Positions 26,929-38,554 are shown, numbered from the stretch's first letter. The stretch is DNA of 64,000 bases from Candidatus Nomurabacteria bacterium (GCA_020631905.1 JACKGQ010000002.1:789-64788); one strand, 5' to 3'. Numbers and translations: made by a program. Notes: generated from the sequence alone by a model not told the origin.

Positions 26929-27810
26929 CTAGTTATCTAGTCGTGCTCGTAACTCACTGAAATCAATAGCATCAGTTGGCCGGCTAAAGTTGGAGAATGC
27001 ACCCTGTGCTGTGTAGATATCTCCGTTATTGCCAGATTGAAGGTCGACAATCGAGATAATGTTGCGCGAACGAGCGTCTATCGACAGATCTACATTTTTA
27101 GTGACTCCAGACAAACTGTCGGATTGCGCCTCGACCACACCGGCCAGAGTCGCGTTGCCAAGCGACCTCATATATTCTGCGAACAATTTGCTGAACTTTT
27201 GCATATCTACAGATACCCGATAAACATAAACTGGTCGCCCAGACTCGCTCTTGGTTCGGATAGCCGTCGCAAAATCTACGTTGTATACACCATCGCGCAG
27301 AATTTGCTTAAGGTTATCTTTGGTTTGACCACCAAAATTACCATAAATAACATAAGATGAAACTAGTGATTCAACTAATAGTTGAGGGTTCGAGCCGGCT
27401 GCGCTGTCACTGACACCCCATACATTAAGCGCATCGACAGCTTTGTCGGATTGTGCCTGATCGGCTAGCTTGAGTTCTAGATATCTAAAATAATCGGCAT
27501 CGGCATAGCCCTGAGTTTCGACCCTAATCTTTTCAGTTTCATCTGGACTTGCTACGGTTATCAAATTCTGAACCCCCACATCACCCCGGAAGCTCAAAGT
27601 TTGTGCCTGACTTATATTCTGATTGGCATTGTTTGTGCTGCCGCTTTTAGTGACAGTTCCAACGCTCAAAGCATTATCAATTCCACCCCAGAAAGTACGT
27701 TGTTCGTCTAAATAAATGGCTTTGTACCAGACCATTACCGCAAAGATTGCTACACCCAGCCCAGCCACCACCATGGCAGTCGCCATTAATCCGTATCGAT
27801 TTTTTATCAT
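26929..27810 (-). CDS. membrane-anchored hypothetical protein
   Basis: One N-terminal TM helix (LMATAMVVAGLGVAIFAVMVWY). The remainder is unassigned. Confidence 0.6.
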   Translation of the reverse strand: MIKNRYGLMATAMVVAGLGVAIFAVMVWYKAIYLDEQRTFWGGIDNALSVGTVTKSGSTNNANQNISQAQTLSFRGDVGVQNLITVASPDETEKIRVETQGYADADYFRYLELKLADQAQSDKAVDALNVWGVSDSAAGSNPQLLVESLVSSYVIYGNFGGQTKDNLKQILRDGVYNVDFATAIRTKSESGRPVYVYRVSVDMQKFSKLFAEYMRSLGNATLAGVVEAQSDSLSGVTKNVDLSIDARSRNIISIVDLQSGNNGDIYTAQGAFSNFSRPTDAIDFSELRARLDN

Positions 27811-27857
27811 TGAGTATATTTTAGCATAACGTGCAATAAATAAAGACTCCAGATTTA

Positions 27858-28733
27858 TTACTGATTTAGGCTAAGCTCGGCCATATGTTGAGCTGCTTCT
27901 AAGTTATACGCCCCTGCCAGCCAACGTCCGTTATGGCAAAATTTTGCCCCAACCACCCCACATGCCTTTTCGAGCTCGGTATCGTTCAAGCCTGCCCAAC
28001 TGGCTGGGAAAGGCTGCCTCGGGTTAAAACCACGTTCGTCATCGGTGATTGCCCGTATATTGTATGAATCTCCTATCGAATTTGGCGCGATTACATAAAG
28101 AAGTTCGGGTTGATCTCTGGCAAAATCACCAAAAGGCAGCGGGTTGCTTAGTACAAGCAAACGCTTATCAGAAGTTTGACTGTAGGCGTCTTTTAGTTGA
28201 GTTAATGCTCGCATCTCGGCAGAGTACTTAGCAACCACCCGCTCTAAAACCCCTGTGGCAAAATCTAGCACGCGGCTAAAGGCTAGGTTGTAATCTTGAG
28301 GCTGGTCGAACGCTGGGTAAAACATTTTAATGTATAGGTCGATATCATTAGGTCGAACACCAAAATCTGTCAACGCAAACAGTTCCTGGCCATTATCATT
28401 GGCATCGATTGCCATCACAAATTTTTGGTTAATTAGTTCGGCAAGCTCTTGGTCGCCACTACAGTAATCTGCACCATAAACTTGCCAGATTAACCCCAAG
28501 CTCGATAGTTTGATACCATTTTCGTGATACACGTTAAACTCCGCCATGTGGTGGTCAAACCGACCTTTGCTCGGATCGTATACCCCGCCGACGTCGTAGA
28601 CAATCTGGCAGTCGGCAAGCACCACTAAATTACGACTACGCACTAAGTCTGCGCCTGGAAAAAGCTTGCGCAAAACTACCGTTGCAAAGACTTCATCGGC
28701 GTGGAAGGGCCCGTCGTGAGTCGCAATTCTCAT
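27858..28733 (-). CDS. MYG1/UPF0160 family metal-dependent hydrolase
   Basis: N-terminal MRIATHDGPFHADEVFA is the MYG1 signature. Typical ~290-aa length. Confidence 0.85.
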   Translation of the reverse strand: MRIATHDGPFHADEVFATVVLRKLFPGADLVRSRNLVVLADCQIVYDVGGVYDPSKGRFDHHMAEFNVYHENGIKLSSLGLIWQVYGADYCSGDQELAELINQKFVMAIDANDNGQELFALTDFGVRPNDIDLYIKMFYPAFDQPQDYNLAFSRVLDFATGVLERVVAKYSAEMRALTQLKDAYSQTSDKRLLVLSNPLPFGDFARDQPELLYVIAPNSIGDSYNIRAITDDERGFNPRQPFPASWAGLNDTELEKACGVVGAKFCHNGRWLAGAYNLEAAQHMAELSLNQ

Positions 28734-28770
28734 GTCTGTAGTATAACAGTCTGTTCAACTTGGCTTTACA

Positions 28771-28799
28771 TTGTATATTATAGTATTTTATGCTATAGT
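28771..28799 (+). promoter_or_regulatory. sigma70-type promoter with extended -10 in front of cassette 2
   Basis: TTGTAT-17 nt-(TGC)TATAGT. The segment TTTATGCTATAGTATAAG closely resembles the cassette-1 promoter TTTATGCTATAATATAAT. It is followed by the hairpin GGTAC-n7-GTACC. Confidence 0.45.
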
Positions 28800-28833
28800 A
28801 TAAGTTGGTACCTCTTGTGTACCTACATTAACA

Positions 28834-28846
28834 AGTCATAGATAGA
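28834..28846. repeat. left arm of 13-bp perfect inverted repeat bracketing cassette 2
   Basis: AGTCATAGATAGA. The right arm TCTATCTATGACT lies at 29533-29545. Confidence 0.75.
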
Positions 28847-28869
28847 GTTGTGCCTGCATGGGTCGATTT

Positions 28870-28915
28870 CTGGTGAGCTAGCTGTTCTGCTTACCCAGAC
28901 CAGCTAGCTCACCAG
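28870..28915 (+). promoter_or_regulatory. 15-bp perfect hairpin in the 5' leader of the cassette-2 gene
   Basis: CTGGTGAGCTAGCTG-16 nt-CAGCTAGCTCACCAG, ending 24 nt before the ATG. Confidence 0.6.
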
Positions 28916-28939
28916 AAAACTCCAACGAAAGGACACGAC

Positions 28940-29458
28940 ATGAGCACCGACACCGAAGTAATTGGCGAGCTCGTCAGGCTGCAGATCCGGCTCGACGAGC
29001 TCAACGCCGAGGAGTGTGAGATCTTGGCCAGCGAGGCCGCCATGGCGGTCACCGCCGAGATCTTCAGACTGAGGGGAGAACAGTACCGGCTCAGCGCCGA
29101 TGAGAAGCTTGCCGGTATGCACTATGCCGGCTACACGACCGACCAGCTCGACGTCGTCAACACCCAGTTCGAGGAGCGGCGGCGCAGTCTGAAGATAGCG
29201 CTGGTCGAGAACAACGAGCGCGGCAACCAGCTGGTCGCCAGCGTCAAGGCCGAGATCGAGGCTGTCAATGCCCAGATCGAGGCCAAGATGGACGAGCTGA
29301 TCACTAGCGGCACTATCAGGCCGATCTCGCCGCTCTTCGTCGTCTTCGCCGGCCAGGGCGACATCGATCTTTCCGACGAAATCGCCGACGACCTCTTCGC
29401 TTTCTCCGACGAGGAAGATGACGATGAAGGAGACGACATCGAGGTCGTCTGGGACTGA
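28940..29458 (+). CDS. GC-rich hypothetical coiled-coil protein with poly-acidic tail
   Basis: 172 aa. G/C dominates third codon positions on the plus strand only, so the overlapping minus-strand ORFs are shadows. C-terminus FSDEEDDDEGDDIEVVWD. Confidence 0.6.
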   Translation: MSTDTEVIGELVRLQIRLDELNAEECEILASEAAMAVTAEIFRLRGEQYRLSADEKLAGMHYAGYTTDQLDVVNTQFEERRRSLKIALVENNERGNQLVASVKAEIEAVNAQIEAKMDELITSGTIRPISPLFVVFAGQGDIDLSDEIADDLFAFSDEEDDDEGDDIEVVWD

Positions 29459-29465
29459 CCCACTT

Positions 29466-29499
29466 GGCCGAACCGGAGGCACTCGCTTCCGGTTCGGCC
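29466..29499 (+). terminator. GC-rich hairpin without U-tract closing cassette 2
   Basis: GGCCGAACCGGA-10 nt-TCCGGTTCGGCC, a perfect 12-bp stem starting 8 nt after the stop. Confidence 0.5.
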
Positions 29500-29532
29500 A
29501 CCTGGTCACCTTGCCCTACAAATGCTCGACTT

Positions 29533-29545
29533 TCTATCTATGACT
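29533..29545. repeat. right arm of 13-bp perfect inverted repeat bracketing cassette 2
   Basis: TCTATCTATGACT is the reverse complement of 28834-28846. Confidence 0.75.
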
Positions 29546-29787
29546 CTTTTCCTTAGACTTCATGCAAACCATGAATTCTGGGTAAAAGCCCCACTTCACT
29601 AAAAAAGATTAGCGTAGCGTAAACAGTTGTTATTTGTTAAAATCAGCTCCGCAAATCGTAAGCTTGCTTGCGTCCAAATCAAAACCTGCTTTGGTTTGAG
29701 AGGTGTAGCAATAGACTATCAAGACTTGAAGTTTTGCCACTTGTTTGCAAAACTTAAGCTCTTGGTAGTCATGATTGACTACTACGC

Positions 29788-29864
29788 GGGGCTATAGCTC
29801 AGTTGATTAGAGCGCTTGTATGGCATACAAGAGGTCGTGGGTTTGAGTCCCACTAGCTCCACCA
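29788..29864 (+). tRNA. tRNA-Ala (anticodon GGC), CCA encoded
   Basis: Cloverleaf drawn by hand: acceptor GGGGCTA/TAGCTCC with the G3:U70 Ala identity pair, anticodon loop ATGGCAT, D-loop AGTTGATTA, T-loop TTTGAGT. Confidence 0.88.
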
Positions 29865-29868
29865 AATT

Positions 29869-29895
29869 AAAAACCCGCTTATCTAGCGGGTTTTT
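29869..29895 (+). terminator. rho-independent terminator after tRNA-Ala
   Basis: AAAAACCCGC-ttatcta-GCGGGTTTTT. Confidence 0.8.
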
Positions 29896-29936
29896 AATAA
29901 TATTAAGCCCAATTTATTTGATGAATTGTAGGCCTT

Positions 29937-29969
29937 AAATTTAATTTAAATTAAATTTAAATTGAATTT
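29937..29969. repeat. 33-bp all-A/T repeat, 3 x 11-bp units (copy 2 of 3)
   Basis: AAATTTAATTT AAATTAAATTT AAATTGAATTT followed by CCAC. Confidence 0.9.
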
Positions 29970-30002
29970 CCACTAGCCTGCTTCATCTTTTTCGTATCGC
30001 TT

Positions 30003-30764
30003 ATGCTTGAGCAAAATATCTATTATTTGTATATTTGGCATATCATGTCAAGCACCGATCACTTAAGTTATCTCGACCGACTATTATTCATCGAGGCTGC
30101 CGAGGCAGAACATACCATAAAAAGAGCGATCGGAGTTGTGGGCAATCATATGTTCGCTAGGCTTTCTGGAGTTTCTGTTGCTATGCCGGATGGAGTACTT
30201 TTTGAGCAGTTGCGCTCATACCTAAAAGAGACTTCTATGAACTCAATCGAGCAACTGTACCCAGGAGTATATACATATGCTGACTTTGATGGTGATATAC
30301 CAGTTGGTTCTATCGAGCTAAGACGTCCAAATCCAGAATCAACCTTACTAATTCTATTATTTGCGTTTGACGATATAGATGGAGCGGCTTTAGCAATGGT
30401 TGACTCTGGTTTAACTGAAATAAGACGTAGTACCGGCAATTTAAACTGGCTATACGTCAAACTTCCTGACGAACAAACTGATATTGGTATCTATCTATCT
30501 CCATGGTCGTTCGTAGATATTCGAATGTCAGAAACGAGCCAAACTAGATCGTTTACCAAATTCCTCGAACCTACGCAACTCGACTATATACCTAATGATA
30601 TAACTTCGATATTTAATACGATGGTTCGTTCTAACCAATACAGGCTATGGTGGCGAGATTTTTGCATCGAACTCAAGCAGACACCAAAGGAATATTACGA
30701 GGCCAATGGCTGTGATGAATGGTTAATAACTGCTGCACGAAATTTCATGCAGTCTATTAGCTAG
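30003..30764 (+). CDS. hypothetical protein
   Basis: 253-aa ORF (alternative start ATG at 30045). No motif recognised. Confidence 0.55.
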   Translation: MLEQNIYYLYIWHIMSSTDHLSYLDRLLFIEAAEAEHTIKRAIGVVGNHMFARLSGVSVAMPDGVLFEQLRSYLKETSMNSIEQLYPGVYTYADFDGDIPVGSIELRRPNPESTLLILLFAFDDIDGAALAMVDSGLTEIRRSTGNLNWLYVKLPDEQTDIGIYLSPWSFVDIRMSETSQTRSFTKFLEPTQLDYIPNDITSIFNTMVRSNQYRLWWRDFCIELKQTPKEYYEANGCDEWLITAARNFMQSIS

Positions 30765-30767
30765 TAG

Positions 30768-31916
30768 CTAGAGTGAGGCTTCGAACTTTTTGGCAAATTG
30801 CCTAAATTCGTCGAGTTTTAGAGCTCCAACTGGCTCGACAATCTTGGCATGTTCTTGGTTATAGCCAGCAACTATTTTGATATCGGCACTATCTGTACGA
30901 TAACGTATCTCTGATATCTGATCATTCGCCGGGTTAATATAGACAGTCATCGACTTAGGCCATAGGCTGGCAAAATATTCTATTTCAGAAATCTTTGCAC
31001 CCGTTAGTTCGCTGTAAAAAGCACTGAGGGCATCGCGGTCGAGACTAACACTACATTTAATGTACTTATCTGTCCGATAACAATCGCGCTGGTATGGGTT
31101 ATGCTCGGCCAGCAGCTGCTTGGCCTTGTCTAAGTCTGATTGATTGAGCATCCCAGCTGGAATCGGGCGAAAAACTGTGTTTAGCTCACTCCAGCTACCC
31201 AAAAATATCAGCGTAAAGCTATCTTCGTCGCTGGTGCCCACACTAGGTAGCTCGACCCATTTGTTGGCCACTAGGCTTGTTTTGGCATTATCTAGCGGCT
31301 TACCATCTGCAAAAATCTCGTATTTTGTGAGGTTAGCAGCCACAGTCTCTTGGCTTGTGGCCACATATTCTATATTGGCATCGATATTAAACTTATCGAG
31401 CAACAGGTCGAGCTGTAGCTTGCCAGAAGATTTTGGGTTGTAAAAATCCGAACCATCCCGATCTTGCTGGGCACTCAAAATACCCAGACTACCCGAACTT
31501 TCTAAACTATAAAATTCACTCTCTACACTTAGCGAGTTCTCTAGGCTACGATCGAAAGCAAGATTCGGATCGTTAAAAAAATGATTATATATTTTTGGCA
31601 AATAGATATAGCCAACCAATGCCAAGCCAAGCAAGACAAAAGTAACAAGCGTATAGAACAGTTGATTGCCCAATCGGGTCCGCTGACGAACCAGCTCGGA
31701 ATTCGAGTAGGGATTTACCCGTCCTGCGTAAGGGTTGGTTAGCCCAGTGTTAGGTGGTTGAGGATGTGCCACCATGCCAACACTTTGGCTCAAAGGGTCG
31801 CTGGGTGGAGACTGCACCTTGACAGCCACCTCGTTTTCAGGTAGTTTTCGCTTTGATGGCTTGGATTGTCCGTTATTGGTAGGCATGTCTAATAACCGCG
31901 GTAGGACTTTTGCCAA
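30768..31916 (-). CDS. membrane-anchored hypothetical protein
   Basis: P/N-rich N-terminus, one TM helix (LFYTLVTFVLLGLALVGYIYL) and a ~270-aa unassigned outer domain. Confidence 0.6.
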   Translation of the reverse strand: MAKVLPRLLDMPTNNGQSKPSKRKLPENEVAVKVQSPPSDPLSQSVGMVAHPQPPNTGLTNPYAGRVNPYSNSELVRQRTRLGNQLFYTLVTFVLLGLALVGYIYLPKIYNHFFNDPNLAFDRSLENSLSVESEFYSLESSGSLGILSAQQDRDGSDFYNPKSSGKLQLDLLLDKFNIDANIEYVATSQETVAANLTKYEIFADGKPLDNAKTSLVANKWVELPSVGTSDEDSFTLIFLGSWSELNTVFRPIPAGMLNQSDLDKAKQLLAEHNPYQRDCYRTDKYIKCSVSLDRDALSAFYSELTGAKISEIEYFASLWPKSMTVYINPANDQISEIRYRTDSADIKIVAGYNQEHAKIVEPVGALKLDEFRQFAKKFEASL

Positions 31917-32053
31917 TTAAAGATCAGGCGCGCCCACCCGGCCCGGATGATATTGGTTTTAGGCTGTTTGTTTTCAACTGGGCCTTAAGCGCCTGAGCTT
32001 ATGCTTATATTGTCGCAGATTATCTGGCTGAGTCAACCGGATCATTTGGGCGA

Positions 32054-32914
32054 TCAGTCTCTCGGGCTTATATAGTTTGCTGCCTCACCAGAAAGCACAG
32101 CTCCGAAAGCTGCTTGCTTTTTGGCGGCAACTTGTAAATGCTCAATTTCGACTAATTCCGCACCCTCACGGCAGAGTGCTATTAAATCCCTCAAGCTTGT
32201 GTCGAAGTTGTTGACACCGATTTGAACCTTTAATTTAAAGTCTTTGTCTTTAACTCTATGTACAATTTGTTCAAGTTGGCCGATAGTTGCTTGAAGCTTG
32301 CTGTAGCCATCATCGTAATCTCGATCAATGATGTGGTCTATCAGACCGTCAAATCGTCGTCGACTCGCTTGGCCTTCAACAGTTCCTTCGTTAGCCGAAT
32401 TAAGTAGTCCGATTACTTTATCAATAGCTAGTTGGATATTCTGAGCAGGTACCAGTTGATGTTCTCGAACAAAGTCTGCACTAGGCGGATGCATACACAA
32501 AGCCTTGGCAACTTGTTCACGCATTTCGGCTTGTTGGTCTAGCGTCTCGGCATCGACCCTTTTATAACCCCAGTCAACTTGCACTAGCGGCAATCCACCT
32601 TCACGTAGGATCATTGGCAATGCATGGAAGATTGCGTCCGGTGTTAAAGCTACATCCTTTTTAAACCCGCACTCAAAGGCTTCGGGATAGCCAAGGTAGA
32701 CTTCAAAAAGCCTTTGGGCAAGTTCGGTACGCTCAGCCAAACTTAGGTTCTCGGCTTTTAGAGCCGTGCGCTCGACTCCATCTCCAGAAACTGAATTGAG
32801 TAATTGATCTACAAGGCGAGCAGCTATGGCTTGGCAGCGTAAATCTTTGGATGCAAGAGCAACCTCGACTAAGTAATCCGGCTCGCCATTCTCTGTGTTA
32901 TATGTGGTTGTCAT
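32054..32914 (-). CDS. hypothetical protein (orphan operon, gene 3)
   Basis: 286-aa ORF. No motif recognised. Confidence 0.6.
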   Translation of the reverse strand: MTTTYNTENGEPDYLVEVALASKDLRCQAIAARLVDQLLNSVSGDGVERTALKAENLSLAERTELAQRLFEVYLGYPEAFECGFKKDVALTPDAIFHALPMILREGGLPLVQVDWGYKRVDAETLDQQAEMREQVAKALCMHPPSADFVREHQLVPAQNIQLAIDKVIGLLNSANEGTVEGQASRRRFDGLIDHIIDRDYDDGYSKLQATIGQLEQIVHRVKDKDFKLKVQIGVNNFDTSLRDLIALCREGAELVEIEHLQVAAKKQAAFGAVLSGEAANYISPRD

Positions 32915-32972
32915 ACATCTCCTTTATTGAAAGTAATTTTAGCTATTAATTAAACAACATCAAGTATAAGGG

Positions 32973-33719
32973 CTAAGCTTGGACGATTGGCTTGGCCACA
33001 AAATCGGGCACATTTAAGCCCAAGGCTACCAGGACGTCTCCGATACGCACGTCCTCCTCGAGCTCGCCACCAATTAACCCTTCTAGCACTTCAGGTGGCA
33101 GTAGCTCGAGGGCCGCATAGCCAAGATGCATCACCGATAAGTGATTCATAGCATCTACCGGCTCGAAAAGATATTCTGATCGATTCGGACCATGCATTAC
33201 GGCTTCGGTAATTTGTCTACCATAGCTAGTAAATAATTTATTTATGCCTTTGATATCATCAAACTCTCCACGCAAAAGTTTCTCGACCATTTCGATTTCA
33301 ATACCGACGACTCTATCTAGATTTTCGTGCGACAAGATAGCTCGAAGCCCGTATGGAAATAACTCCTCAGATACCGGTGTGCTTGATACTACTTCCAATA
33401 TTCTAATAATATTAATAAACACTTTGCCGCCCGAGCTGCCAGTAGCTAACTTAATTTCGTTGGCCGCATGATTGTACTCACGCTTGAACAACATGCGTTG
33501 TTTGTCTGCAGGTGGAATCTGCTCGTATGGGCACTCAAATACATAAACTCCATCACAATATTTGATAGGCCTGAGTATGTGGTGAGTTTCGAGACTCCCA
33601 TTATGGACTGTAAATGTTGGGTGATGCCCAATAAAGCCCTTTGGCGCCCCAATAAACGTTGTTCCCTCAACCCGAGGGACTACCGTAGTCTCGTCGGTGT
33701 TTGTTACTGATCTTGGCAT
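32973..33719 (-). CDS. hypothetical protein (orphan operon, gene 2)
   Basis: 248-aa ORF. Its start overlaps the upstream small ORF by 16 nt. No motif recognised. Confidence 0.6.
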   Translation of the reverse strand: MPRSVTNTDETTVVPRVEGTTFIGAPKGFIGHHPTFTVHNGSLETHHILRPIKYCDGVYVFECPYEQIPPADKQRMLFKREYNHAANEIKLATGSSGGKVFINIIRILEVVSSTPVSEELFPYGLRAILSHENLDRVVGIEIEMVEKLLRGEFDDIKGINKLFTSYGRQITEAVMHGPNRSEYLFEPVDAMNHLSVMHLGYAALELLPPEVLEGLIGGELEEDVRIGDVLVALGLNVPDFVAKPIVQA

Positions 33720-34027
33720 TTGTCTGGATTGTACTTACAGCCGATGCAACCGGCAAACGACACTACTCTAGCCTGCCGTGGCCCCCGCAAAAAACATTCT
33801 TTGGACAAGTCTGGATCGGCAAGTGTCTCGGTGTCCAGAGTTACATCGTTAGCCTCTATACTTGGCACAACTACATCTACTACGTCACCCGTTATATATT
33901 CGACGGCGTTTCGAATTACGACTGCTAACGGAGCCACCCCCGACTCGACCAAACTACACCTCCGCATGGCTTTATTATTCATAACTATATTAAACCGTTC
34001 GTTCGCTACAAACGCAAGCTTAAGCAA
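33704..34027 (-). CDS. small hypothetical protein with C-terminal Cys cluster (orphan operon, gene 1; start uncertain)
   Basis: ORF ending ...SFAGCIGCKYNPDKCQDQ*. Candidate starts are TTG 34027, ATG 33982, or an internal TTG preceded by GGAGGTG. Confidence 0.4.
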   Translation of the reverse strand: MLKLAFVANERFNIVMNNKAMRRCSLVESGVAPLAVVIRNAVEYITGDVVDVVVPSIEANDVTLDTETLADPDLSKECFLRGPRQARVVSFAGCIGCKYNPDKCQDQ

Positions 34028-34037
34028 TAAAATGTTA

Positions 34038-34061
34038 ATCCCCCGGGTTTCCCCGGGGGAT
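34038..34061 (-). terminator. terminator hairpin after the GC-rich membrane-protein gene
   Basis: ATCCCCCGGG-n4-CCCGGGGGAT (10-bp stem). On the minus strand it is followed by TAACATTTTATT. Confidence 0.6.
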
Positions 34062-34089
34062 GTGGTAGATCGGCTTGCGGCTAATCTAC

Positions 34090-34662
34090 CTAATCGTCAC
34101 ACAGCTTGGTCATCTGACCTGCATCGGCCGGCCGGTAGGCATGAACGATGCCTGTGGTCTCCGTGAAGACCAAGGAGATTTCTGCGGGAGTATTCCCACG
34201 TACCTCGACTTTCACGTAGCAGCCAGGGGCTACTTCGACAACCGCGTTCGCAGTCGAGCCGTCGTAAGCCCGGGCACTAGCCACCGGCAAGCCGTAGGCC
34301 TGCTCGAGTGTTGTCTTGAGCCTTGCGCTCCGGTTGACAACATCGAGTTCCTCATCGGCTATCAGCGATATACCCAGTGCCAAGACTACTGACAACGCCA
34401 GGCCAATTTGCGTAAGTAAGACCTCTGCCGAGTTGTCGTGCTTGTAGTAGAGCACTTTGGTCATAACCAGACCAACAGTAGCGACTGCCAACCAAAGTCC
34501 GACGACCGAACCTTTGTACATTGGCCAGCGCCACCACCACATGCTGAGCGTGTCCGACCACAACTGGGCGAACAGGCCAAGCGCCAATACATAGACCACG
34601 GTCGGCACAACGAAAGCAATTGCAATCGCCAAGCTCTTGGGCAGCTTGTTGAACCAGTTCAT
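34090..34662 (-). CDS. GC-rich membrane protein (4 TM + soluble C-terminal domain)
   Basis: AGGAGGAAAG-ATG. TM segments include LAIAIAFVVPTVVYVLALGLFAQLW and VVGLWLAVATVGLVMTKVL. Shadow ORFs on both strands indicate high GC. Confidence 0.65.
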   Translation of the reverse strand: MNWFNKLPKSLAIAIAFVVPTVVYVLALGLFAQLWSDTLSMWWWRWPMYKGSVVGLWLAVATVGLVMTKVLYYKHDNSAEVLLTQIGLALSVVLALGISLIADEELDVVNRSARLKTTLEQAYGLPVASARAYDGSTANAVVEVAPGCYVKVEVRGNTPAEISLVFTETTGIVHAYRPADAGQMTKLCDD

Positions 34663-34713
34663 CTTTCCTCCTAAAGCTCGACGATGAACAATAGTATAAT
34701 AGCATCAAACTGA

Positions 34714-37637
<2,924 letters not shown>

Positions 37638-37640
37638 AAA

Positions 37641-38537
37641 TTAATACCCTTTATTTTCTAATTCACGCAGTTTTGCAATTCGATCTTCGATCGGTGGGTG
37701 CGTGCTAAAAAGTTTTGTAAAAGTTCCAGATTTTAAGGGGTTAGCAAAAAACAAGTGGGCTGTTGATGTGTTTTGAATCCTTAGGCTAGATCCATAACTC
37801 TGAATTTTTTCGAGAGCTCGTGCTAAGCCTTCCGGATAACGCGTTGTTTGAGCACCAGTTGTGTCGGCCTGATATTCGCGCCGACGCGAAATTGCCAGCT
37901 GGATTAGCTTGGCCACGATTGGCGCCAAAATAGCGGCCGCCAAAACTCCAACGATTACCAGCGCATTACCACCTCGATTATCGTCGTTATCACGCCGGCC
38001 AGCGCCACCCCAGCGCATCGATCGCAACATAAAGTCGCTAAGTATTCCAATTACTGCCACCAGTGCAAAAGCAATCATACTCACACGGATGTCTCGATTC
38101 GCGACATGGCCTAGCTCGTGAGCCATCACACCTTCTAGCTCGGTTTTGTCCATCATTTGCACCAAGCCAGTGGTAGCCGCAACTACAGCATGCTCTGGAT
38201 CGCGACCGCTAGCAAATGCATTCGGGGCGGGGTCGTCGATAAGGTACACCTTGGGCATAGGCATGCCGCGTGTAATCGTCAGATTTTCGACCACTCGGTA
38301 AAGTTCGGGGGCAGCCTGTTTATCTACCTCTCGGGCACCACTAAGCATTAAGGCTAGCTTGGCACTGGCATAGTAACTCCAAAGAGCATAGCCAACCGCA
38401 AAGACCATAGCCATAACAGTTACCGAATAGCTACCAAAGTAAACCCCGGCGGCGTAGGCGATCGCACCTACGACCGCGAAGAACACTCCAAATAATACCC
38501 AAGTCTTGCGATTATTCGCGGCAATCTGAGATTCCAA
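37641..38537 (-). CDS. htpX: M48 zinc metalloprotease HtpX
   Basis: HELGHV zinc motif, TM topology and C-terminal FSTHPPIEDRI, all typical of HtpX. Confidence 0.9.
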   Translation of the reverse strand: MESQIAANNRKTWVLFGVFFAVVGAIAYAAGVYFGSYSVTVMAMVFAVGYALWSYYASAKLALMLSGAREVDKQAAPELYRVVENLTITRGMPMPKVYLIDDPAPNAFASGRDPEHAVVAATTGLVQMMDKTELEGVMAHELGHVANRDIRVSMIAFALVAVIGILSDFMLRSMRWGGAGRRDNDDNRGGNALVIVGVLAAAILAPIVAKLIQLAISRRREYQADTTGAQTTRYPEGLARALEKIQSYGSSLRIQNTSTAHLFFANPLKSGTFTKLFSTHPPIEDRIAKLRELENKGY

Positions 38538-38554
38538 GGCTAACTAACTCCTTA

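Noticed and set aside
28904-29509. Minus-strand ORFs of 201, 110 and 61 aa overlapping the cassette-2 gene
   Set aside because: G/C dominates the third codon position on the plus strand only. The minus-strand translations are L/V/G/D/R-rich, as expected for antisense reading of GC-rich coding DNA.
31927-31934. GGCGCGCC (8-cutter site) within a short GC-rich patch in an AT-rich spacer
   Set aside because: It is an isolated short motif with no repeat, hairpin or vector-like context. There is no evidence of engineering.
33244-34708. Plus-strand and alternative-frame ORFs (33244..33471, 33468..33710, 33701..33928, 33720..34166, 34075..34392, 34352..34708, 34438..34674)
   Set aside because: They overlap the minus-strand operon genes and the GC-rich membrane-protein gene. 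No RBS or motif supports them.
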